Below are positions 42,020 to 53,197 of a DNA stretch of 64,000 nt, one piece after another. The notes below the pieces were generated by a model. The model had not been told where the DNA came from. It worked only from the letters and a program-made list of their open reading frames with translations, and searched no databases. This stretch comes from the human T2T-CHM13v2.0 reference genome, Homo sapiens. How positions within the stretch are numbered: position 1 is the first letter of the stretch; the number at the start of each line of letters is the position of its first letter. The DNA is taken from NCBI RefSeq assembly GCF_009914755.1, contig NC_060947.1, one strand, 5' to 3'. A program made the position numbers and the translations under genes.

Positions 42020-43739
42020 TAAAGGACATGTTCAAACATAGTTTAAATGTTGTCATTTAGAAAACATAGCCTTAAGGAGAGGAGGGAAGAATGATGAAAC
42101 TTATGCTTTAGCAAGAATCAAAATGTTTCTTTTTTGTCAGTGGAAATGTCTTGGTACAGAAGCTGTTTAAGGATTTTTCACAATACTAATCCTCCCCAGA
42201 AGTTAAAAGGGAAACTAAAGGCATGTTAGTACTATGGACTAAATAAGATGCAAAGAACCCAGCCAGGAGAAAAGCAGTGAGGGGATGAATTTAAGTGATA
42301 TAGAAGGTAGAAATTCAACAGTACTTGATGGTCTGTGGATGTGGAGGAGGAAAGAGACAGAAGCATCTAGTTTTCTGGAGGCAAGAGAGGCAGAAGCTGG
42401 CTGTGGCAAGGTCCTCCCCACCACCATGCTTAGAATTCACTCTCTGTGCACTGTGTACATCCCTGGTGTTCCACACACAGAATAATGACCCTCTTGCCTG
42501 TGAGTTCCACAGGAGGCATGGGCAGTGGCTTCAGGGTGGTGAGGTATGAGGAGAACACCACAGAAAATGTGAAGGGGAAAGACCAAGATTCCAGGGCCTC
42601 AGCCCAGAGGCTCCAACACCCTGACTTGTGAGAGGAAGTTACCCAAGTGGCAAGACTCGCTGGGGAGCTTTGTGCGGGCTGCCCTGGGCCAACTTTCATC
42701 ATCAGCTATTTTTATTTTTAGCCTACACCACCTCTCAGAGTAACCAAGTCTATAAATGTCCATATAACTTGCTGTGCCTGGGCCCTGGGCAGAAGGGAGC
42801 CACTAAGAAGGATTGTGCTAGGCGTTTGGCTGCCCTTGATCAACAGATGTTTGGATCTCACCTCAGCTCTCTGGGCACCCCAACATTGCCATCACCCCTC
42901 ACCCCTCATCAGCCCTTCTCTCATCAGGTTTCAGAAAGGGGATTTCCTGAGCATGGGTAGAACAAGTGTCCGTAGGCACATCACAGCAAATTCAGGTCCC
43001 ATACAGTCCTACAAGATGGGTTATCCAAGGCCAGTCTTTTGCGGGCTGAGGGAGCCCAGTCTTCATGCCTGGATGACTCACTCGCACCATCCTCTCTCTG
43101 GCCCCTCTGCATCCTGCTCTCCTGCAGGGCAGTGCCCGGGTTTCCTGTGCTTCTCTGCCAGTGAGCTGGTTCCATGCTGGGCTTCTTCTAATGCATTTCT
43201 GGGCTCTTAGACACCCAGCACATACCCTCTCGCTCTGGTATTGTTCCTGCAGAGTGGAGAAAAAGAGCTTGGGCTGGGGGGTCAGGCAACTGACCAGCGG
43301 AGGGACCCCAGTTTCCTCACCTTCACCTGGGAAAAATAGCAGGCCCTACCTCACAAGGTTGATGCCTTGAGATAAGATGCGCAAAGTGCCAAGGCCTTTG
43401 CCTTGTACATAGTTAGTGCTTAAAAAAAGAAGCACTCACAACTGTAGTGTATTCCCACAAAATCTGTCTGGGAAGCTTCTGCCTTCTTCAAGGCTTATTT
43501 TTATACTTTACTCAGCCAGCTTGCTTCCTAGTAATTTTTACATGGGTGGCCCACAGACAAGTCAAACTCACCTTGCCCCCCTGCACAAAGATTAACTTTT
43601 TACCTGACTTTATTTCTTCCATGGTAGTTATCACCATCTGACATACTAGATATTTACTTGTTTATTTATTATAAATGCGCCAAGACAGGGAATCTTGGCC
43701 TATGTATCTAGATCTTGGAACAATGCCTGGCACTGCTTA

Positions 43740-44610
43740 AAAAATATTTGTTGAATAGCCTCCACCTGCTCCAAAATGCATCTCTTCTTTTGTCTTCTGT
43801 CTCAGTGAGTAGCCCCACAATTTCCCTATCGCCCAAGCCGGAATGCTGGTCACCCTTAACTCCTCCCTTTCCCTACACCCCATGTTCAGTCAATGGCTAG
43901 GACCTGACTACCCTACCGTCTAAATGTACCTGGCACCCATACACTTCTCTCCACCCTCTTGTCACCACTACAATTCAGCCCACCTAAATTACAGAAATAG
44001 ACTCCTCACTTGTCTTCTGGATTCCATTTTTGTCCTCATCTAACCCATTCTCTGTGCTGAAGATAGAATGATATCACCGAAACCTGATCTGTTGAGAATC
44101 ATTCAATGGTTCCTTGTTGTCTCCACAATAAAATTCAACTCCTTACAGGGCCAACTAGGCCCTGCATGATCTGGCTCCGGCTCACCTCTTCAAACTCATT
44201 TCTATCCATTTCTCCCCTCTTCCTATTCCCCTACTCCAGCTCTTCTGCATTACAGTCATACAGAACTTTCCTTTTTTTCCAAGGGGTGTCTGTCAGTCTC
44301 TCTCACCATCTCATCCACATCCCCATTTCCTGCCTGGGACAGTCTTCCTCCTTCCCTGTGTTATTCCTCAACCCCCACCAGCCTCCTTCACCAGGCTAAT
44401 TCCTAAGCAAAGTCAGATTCTATAAGAAACTTCTCTGTATGCCCCCCTGACATATCCACCCCCTCTAGAATATACTTTCCTTCTTGGTGCTTCCATAACA
44501 CCCTGTATTTCCTCTCTTATAGCACTCAATATAATATCATATGTATTCTTTTGACTATTTTCCCCACTAGAATGTAAGCTCTACAAGGGCCAGAACTATA
44601 TCTATTCCTG
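43740..44610 (+). mobile_element. L2
   Basis: aaaattcaactccttac...ggccctgcatgatctggctcc...ccactagaatgtaagctct. Confidence 0.65.
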
Positions 44611-44669
44611 CTTTTATTTAACAGAAATAGAGCTTACTCTGTGCTTAGCATTTCTCTAAGCTCTTCATG

Positions 44670-44803
44670 GGCTGGGCATGGTGGCTCACACCTGTAATCC
44701 CAACATTTGGGAGGCTGAAGCGGGAGGAATGGTTGAGCCCAGGAGTTTGAGACCAGCCTGGGCAACATAGCAAGACCATGTCTCTACAAAAAAATAAATA
44801 AAA
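44670..44803 (+). mobile_element. FLAM_C inside a reverse MIR (about 44615-44995)
   Basis: Single Alu left arm; the MIR core acagatgatgaagctgaggcagaaagaggttaagtaa follows. Confidence 0.85.
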
Positions 44804-45556
44804 GAATAAGTATTCATTCATTTAATCATTAATACAATCCAAAGAAATATTATTATTATTATTATTATTATTACCATTATACAGATGATGAAGCTGAGGC
44901 AGAAAGAGGTTAAGTAAACTTGTCCCAGGTCACATAGCTGGTAAATGGCAGAGCTGGAATTTGAACCCCCAAATCCAAGCTCTTAACCACTACAATATGC
45001 TGTTTCCCTTTTTCCCACATGCATACTCATTGCCCATCATATAGAAGGTCCACCCAAGAAGTATTTGAATAAAAGAAAGAAAGAAAGAAAGAATGACTAA
45101 ATGAACAAAGATTGTGGAAATAACACAGTCCTTGTGGAGACAGTGAGAGGAAAGGAGGTAGCCATGGAGTGAGACAAAGATTAAGTTTAAGAGTCAGTGA
45201 AGGTGGAAACAAATGGTCCAAGGTGTAGAAAGACCCCAGGTGAAATTGCAGGAGATGAAAAACAAGGTAGTTGGGAGTAGGAGCTCAGGAAGGCATGTAA
45301 CAAGCTCTGCAATCAACAAAGGACATACAGAACACACCATTGGACTTGGCCAGCCAGAAGTAGGCCATTGGGGACCTCTGGGCAGTTTCCATGGAGTGCA
45401 GGGAAAGAAACCAGATTACATGGGCTTGAGGAGACACAGGGTGGTGGAGAAACCAGACAGGGAGATTTTACTGCCCTCTAAACCATGAAAGGTGGGCTTT
45501 GGGAGGGAGTAGTAACCAGGTTAAGTAAGGTCTTTTTGTCAAGATGTAGTAATTAG

Positions 45557-45852
45557 GGCCAGGCCTGGTGGCTTATGTCTATAATCCCAGCATTTTGGGA
45601 GGCTGAGTTGGGATGATTGGTCGCATCCAGGAGTTCAAGACCAGCCTGGGCAACATAGTGAGACCCCATCTCTATAAAAAAAATTAAACATTAGCCAGGC
45701 ATGGTGGCAAGCACCTGTAGTCCCAACTACACAGGAGGCTGAGGTGGGAGGATCACTTGAGCCAGAGAGGTTGAGGTTCTAGTGAGTTGTGATCACACCA
45801 CTGTACTCTAGCCTGGGTGACAGAGTGTGACCCTGTCTCAAAAATAAAAATA
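45557..45852 (+). mobile_element. AluJ inside reverse L2 sequence
   Basis: Dimer with a degenerate TSD (tagt(a/g)attagg). Confidence 0.92.
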
Positions 45853-47530
45853 AAAATATAGTGATTAGGGACTGCTTAAAGACAAGAGGTGACAAAACTT
45901 AGGAGAGTGAAAAATCAAACTGACTCTCACCAAAACAAAGCATCAGCTGTATGGTGGTGGACCACACCACAACATAAAATGTAAACATGGGGCAAAGTCT
46001 GTGGACATTTATGTGAACAGAATGAAGGCCAGGAGAGCAGTATATGAAGAGCAAGGACTTGAAGAGGAAAGAGGAAACTCTTTTCAAGAGCTCACAAGTT
46101 GAAAAAAAGTGAGAAAATTGAAAAGAAGATAGGATGGTTAATGCAGGCCATAGAGGCTGAAATTTGGGAGCAGTTGGAAAGAGGATTTGACTGAAGGAGA
46201 CAAACAGTGAGCAGTGGCCCCAGAAAGAGCCATTTCATAAGGAAGCATGAGTAGAACAAAAGGGAAGTTGCCAGGGTTCTGGGTAAGCAGTAAGGACTGT
46301 CAGTTCAATGCTTTGGCCTGAAGGGGCCTCCTGGAGCCCAAATCCAAATGGCCCGGGATCCACAGGGACAGGGGAGCTGGGTCTACCACCCTGCTCCCAT
46401 GAAAGATGGCAGGCAGGGGGCAACACAGGAGGGCTGGGTAACCCTAGGAAAGGAGCTACAGGATAATACCCCAAGCACCTGGAAAGATGATGAAAGAATG
46501 AAAACCACAGCACATTTGACAATTTCTTTCAATAACCATTTATGGAGCAAGTACTTTGCACCAGGCATTGGTTATAGGCTCTAGCTGCTCTCAAGGAGTT
46601 TACATTCTAGTGCAAGAAACAAACCCATGGCAGAAATAACCTATAACACGAAGAGGCTGATGTTCTGTAGCAGAGAAAGATGTAGAAAGGGCTTTGTATG
46701 GTTTAGTGTTGATGTATGCCAAAGAAACACAGTGGAGAAGTCTACACAATTCCTAGCATAATACAGAACTTACTTTCCTCCAGGAAGTGATGAAGAGAAG
46801 GTTCTTGGTGACAGCTTGGGGATTGGTTTAATCTGAATAAGCCCATAAATCCGTTACATCATTTTTGTTTTTGTTTTTTGTTTTTTTTTTGTATATTGCC
46901 ATTTTTGTAGTTTATACTGAGACACAAATATTTTTCAATTCTATGTTGACATCATTTCAATTCCATTTGCATTTATGCCAGAAAAAATCAATAACATGTC
47001 TTGTTAGAAAAAAAAAAAATTAAAAGGCATTCACCTGCATGGGGAGAATATCTTGTCCCTAGAAGGTCACTCTGTGGCACCATGCATATCCTTGACCACA
47101 GGAGCATTGTGTGACTGAGACTATTTGTGTTTCACTAATGCTGGTAAGCCGTTTTTGAAAATTGTCTCAGTAATATTCAAGTTGGAAGAACTTTTTACAA
47201 TTCTTTTAATGTAATTTTTAACATAGCCCCTTTTCTGATTATAAAAGTAAGGCACACTCATTGAAAAGTTGGGAGGAAAGTATAAAGGAGATATTTTAAT
47301 GTCATCTTAAAATACCATTTGTAAACTGGGGTATATCATGGCTCAGCAGTCCTTATTCTCCTCTCTCATACACACATACACATATAGATATTCACAAAAT
47401 AAAATATAAACTCCTCATAGGAAATCTTGTAATTCTTCAACCAAAGGCTAGTCTAAGCAACAAGTCAACCCAATGCATTTATTCGGTGGGCTGAAAGTTT
47501 GTACAGTATTACTCAAAATTGACTTTAACA

Positions 47531-47854
<324 letters not shown>

Positions 47855-47894
47855 TCACATCCCCATCTTAATAATCCCATCCCTATCTAATATT

Positions 47895-48399
47895 AGGCAC
47901 AATTCTTAGCTGGCCCCATGATCTCCAATCCTTGGTGTTACATCCTGTATAATATTCTTTCCTTGAGTGTGGGTGGGACCTGTGACTTGCTTCTAGTTGA
48001 GATTATCTACATTACATAAGGCTCCATCTTGGAGTAAGAGATTTCTCTGCTGGCCCTGAAGTAGCAGCTATGTTGTGAACAGCCAATGGAGAAAGCCATA
48101 TGGCAGAGACCTGCAACAGAAGGTGGACCTGAAGGTGGCCTCTGGTCACCAGCAACAGCCCCAAGGAAATGAATTCTGCCAGAAATCTGAATGAGCCTGG
48201 AAGCCAGTTCTTTCCCAGGTGAACCTCCAGATGAAAACAGCCTGGCTGACACGTTGACTGCAGACTTATGAGACTAAGTAGAGAACCCAGGTAAACTTAG
48301 ACCTCTGACTCATGGAAACTGTGAGATAGTAAATGCTTGTGTTGTTTTAAGCCACTAAATTTGTAATAATTTGTTAAACAGCAGTAGAAAACTAACACA
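47895..48399 (+). mobile_element. MaLR LTR (MLT1E-like)
   Basis: ccttgagtgtgggtgggacctgtgacttgcttcta...aatttgttaaacagcagtagaaaactaacaca. Confidence 0.75.
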
Positions 48400-48821
48400 C
48401 TGCCCCCAACAGTCCTATATTTTTTGTACCCTAGCCCATGTAGGCATTGCCCTTCTACACTGACATTTGTATCGGAATGGAAATGGGGGCTTCTAGTATC
48501 TTTTTCATCCTTATTTCTTCATTAATTCCCTACTTTCCACCAGAATGGCCTGAAATGCACCATACATAGTACTATCTTTGGCTGAGTTTTTGTTCATATC
48601 ATTCCTTCCAACCCAGATTCCCTCTCTTCCCTTTTTGTGCCTTGTTCGTGAAATCCTATGAATTTCTAGACTGGACCATTGTTTCCATAGCACTTTTTAA
48701 CTTGCATCCTTGTTTGTCCCTGATTCATATACTGCCATATGACTTCTTTTAAAATCGTATTTCTCTGAGAATGTTATTGAATGTGCATATATAATATATG
48801 AAACATATACACAGAACATAC

Positions 48822-48859
<38 letters not shown>

Positions 48860-48882
48860 TGTATATAAAATATATAAAATAC

Positions 48883-49235
<353 letters not shown>

Positions 49236-49497
49236 TGAAGTCCTGGATTCCACATTGTCAATAGTAATTGCCAGGAATACACAAGTCCAATTTTTAAAAT
49301 TGTGTCATATGAAGTAGTCAATCAAGTGTGGTTGGCCACTTACTGAGTCTCTTCACAGAGCCAGACCTGAGAGTATCCGTAATTGTTACCCTAACCTCAG
49401 GGAGCTGCATTTTCCTCTACTGAAAATTGAATACAATGCCATCTGCCATAATTAATTCAAAGATTAAACAAGGCTACCGTGGGTGCCTGGCTCTTCA

Positions 49498-49688
<191 letters not shown>

Positions 49689-50303
49689 ATGTGAGTTGAA
49701 TCACAATCTAGGTTTGCAAACCTCCATGTGTAAAGGCTGCGCAGAGGGAACAGTGGTGGAATTATCACAGGCAGGCCAATGTTTCAAAGAGCTTAGTGAA
49801 ACTGAAGAAGCTTGTGCATACAAAAGGCCAGTTTAGGTAACTGTAACTGTGTTTAAGCTTTAGTTTCCTTTCTAAGTAGATATATGTGGAATGCAAGGCC
49901 AGCAACCAACTCACAAATACTGATCAAGACGGGGGAGGGATCTAAAGGAATGTGAGTACGTCCTGCCAGGAAAGAAGTTTGCTGCTTCTGAAATATTTTC
50001 GTCTTCGCCACTGGCAGGATTGATCGATTGCAGTTAGCGAAGAATTTTCTGTGCAAACTGTCCAAGCATCTGCTTCTGTACTTCTGTACAACTGTTGCTC
50101 AAATTCACTCTTCTTTTCGAATCACCATCTTTGAAGAGAGACAGAAAAATCCATTTAAACCACCCGAACTAATCATTCGAACTGCTTCCAAGTCCTTTAA
50201 AGGAGAATCCTAGCGAGGGTCCGTAACACTTCCCCTTACCCTCTGCCTGGGTTCAAACTTCAACTCCCAGGGTTCGCCCAAGTCCCTCCCCTAGTCCTGT
50301 CAT

Positions 50304-50363
50304 CTAATGAATATGCAAATACCACATAATTGGCAGCCAATGGCATGGGTTCTGGTCACATGG
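50304..50363 (+). promoter_or_regulatory. INTS6L proximal promoter motif cluster: octamer, inverted CCAAT pair, E-box
   Basis: ATGCAAAT 50313-50320; ATTGGCAGCCAAT 50329-50341; GTCACATGG 50355-50363; lies immediately 5' of the CpG island. Confidence 0.6.
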
Positions 50364-50748
50364 TGCCGATGGTAGGTGAGCAGACAGAAGTTGTCAGTGA
50401 ACAGAGACGGCGCTCAGTCTGGGGCGAGCGCTCTAGTGAGCGCGGACGGATGCTTAGGCAGTAGTCCTGGCAGCGGCAGTAGTGGTGGCAGCAGAAGAGA
50501 GGAAGGGGGAGGGCCCCGAGGGCTACACACGCTCACACTTTCAAGTTCCCTTGGAGGGAGAGGAGGTGGGGCTGCAGAAAGAGGAGGCCAGGAGCGGTCC
50601 CATCCGTCCCGTCCCGTCCCGTCTCCCCCTCTTCCTCTTGCTCCTTGCCCCCCGGCTCTGCGAGAGTTGAGGGTTCAGGTGGCCGTACGCGGCAGTGAGG
50701 GCAAGAGGGCCGGGAGAGTGGGGAGCGGAGGCAGGAGTGCGGGGGAAG

Positions 50749-50859
50749 ATGCCCATCCTGCTGTTCCTCATAGACACGTCCGCCTCTATGAACCAGCGCA
50801 CTGACCTGGGCACCTCTTATTTGGACATTGCCAAAGGCGCTGTGGAGTTATTCTTGAAG
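50749..50859 (+). CDS. INTS6L: Integrator complex subunit 6-like, coding exon 1 (MPILLFLIDTSASMNQRTDLGTSYLDIAKGAVELFLK)
   Basis: N-terminus of the INTS6-family vWA domain with MIDAS DxSxS (DTSAS); residues TDLGTS/DIAK/ELFLK match INTS6L rather than INTS6; donor AAG|GTAAAG. Confidence 0.96.
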
Positions 50860-50996
50860 GTAAAGGGAGGGGAGGGGAGAGATGGGGAGAGCTCCCGAGG
50901 GATTTCAGGGTGTGGATTGAGGTGCTTCTGTAACGTTTGTATCGCCCTCCCCCCTCCTTTCCTACGCGACCCCCTCCGTCATCCCTTGCCCCGCAG
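50860..50996 (+). other. INTS6L: INTS6L intron 1 (137 nt, GT-AG, phase 0)
   Basis: gtaaag...C-rich pyrimidine tract...ccgcag. Confidence 0.93.
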
Positions 50997-51074
50997 CTGC
51001 GCGCCCGGGACCCGGCCAGCCGTGGAGACAGGTACATGCTGGTCACCTACGACGAACCCCCGTACTGCATCAAG
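50997..51074 (+). CDS. INTS6L: Integrator complex subunit 6-like, coding exon 2 (LRARDPASRGDRYMLVTYDEPPYCIK)
   Basis: In-frame continuation of the INTS6-family sequence; 78 nt, flanked by cag and gtaaag. Confidence 0.96.
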
Positions 51075-52648
51075 GTAAAGGGGCTACGGGTGGGGGGACA
51101 GGCGGGAAGCGGGAGCAAGTCGGCGGGGGCTGCTTACCCCCCTGCCCCCGCCTAAGGCGGTCCTGCGTCGCCCGGCGGGGCGGGCGGCGAGGGGGTGCGC
51201 AGAGGGCGGGCGGAGTGGTGCCGTCGGCGGCTTCGGAGTAGCTGTCGCGCCTGGGGTCGGGGAGAGGGGACCGGGGAGGAGCAGCCCCGGGGAGAAACCG
51301 CAGGAGGGCCGAGCTCGTGGCGCGACAACCGCAGCCGCCTCGGAACATGGCGGACATTTTGCTTTTGTATGAGCCTGCGAGAGGGAGACTGAGGGCGCTG
51401 CTGAGATGGAAAGGAGGGAGGGGAGGGAGGAGCGGGGAAGGAGGGCCCGAAACCCGGAGGGAGGCTGCGAGGCGGGCCCGCCCCTTCGAGGCGCACCGCG
51501 CGAGGGTGCGGCCGCGGCCGGGGGGCCGGGCGGAGCCTGCGACTCCGCCCCGAGGTCCTGCCGGCCGGGCGCGCGGGCTTTCCCGGAGCCTGGGCTCCTC
51601 CTCTGGCCCCTCCTTCCTCCCCCGGTCTTCCTCCCCCTCCTTGGGCTCTTCGCTGCATCTCCTCCTTCTCCCCCTCTTCCTCCTGGTCCCCTCCCCTTCC
51701 TGCTGAGAGCGTGGCAGAGCCAGCCGCCGGCCTTCAAAGACTAGACAACCGCCTTTGCACTCGTTGGCCTCTCACCACCCCCGCGCAATCGGAAATCTGT
51801 CCGCGACGCCAGTCTCCCCACCCCCAGACCCGGAGAAAGTCTTTGCGTTTCTGCTCCGGAATTGGCCAGGTTCAGCCCCGCTCTCAGTTACCTTAGCTAC
51901 TGTTACTGTTTCATTGGAAATTCCAGCGAAGCAACGACACGGAGGGGGACGTGCCAAGTGCGAACCCACAGGGGCAGAGCTTTTTAGGGATCCGCTCTAC
52001 CTATTTACATCATAAATTAGGTTTGTGCTAGCCACGTAGGAATTAATCCAGGGACAAGAAAGAAAGGAAGGGGAGGACTCAAATGTGAGCATTTGTAATA
52101 GTCAAGTTCGATGATTTGATTCTGACCTACAGGAGAAAAGTAGGGAGGACGGTCTCTGTGGGGTAATTTATGTTCCTATGGTGAGGAGATAAAGAACTGC
52201 TGCTTTGCCTGCAGTGGCCAGATAAAATGGAATTTAAACTGTTAAATCAACCTGCATAAGAGTCCTGCTTGCATATTGAAATTTTAAAAATACTACCACA
52301 ATCCTTGACGTCTTTTGTTAGGCTTTTTCTTTTTTCCTCAGAATAATCGTAATAGTGCTAGGGAGACGCAGTCTGGATGTGTTGTGATCCGTTTCTGTAG
52401 AGTGAGGTGTTTTAATGAATGGAACCTACCAAGCTGAATAGTTGGCCAAAGAGTGTTCCTTCAAGCATAAGGAAACCAAAGAGAAACTAATTTTGTAACT
52501 CGTAGCTTCGGTTAACTGTTTAATTAGTAGGTTCCCCTTAAAACTGTTCTTTTTTCGATAATTTGTTTTCAGTTTGTGATTCTATCCATTTAGAAAAGTG
52601 GAACAAGTAGACATCTTTCAAAATGCCGTAAGCTTTTTAAAAATGTCA

Positions 52649-53197
<549 letters not shown>

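Larger units (their letters stand above)
50400..51900. promoter_or_regulatory. CpG island over the INTS6L 5'UTR, exons 1-2 and the start of intron 2
   Basis: Abrupt rise in GC and CpG density relative to the flanks; several GC boxes (GGGCGG). Confidence 0.92.

Noticed and set aside
50695-51078. 127-aa ORF as the complete gene product
   Set aside because: It is exon 1 reading through intron 1; the true frame is restored by the GT-AG splice at 50860-50996.
51070-52015. Several long overlapping ORFs (up to 217 aa) on both strands
   Set aside because: Low-complexity G/P/R/A-rich translations are expected from stop-poor CpG-island DNA; no recognisable domain.
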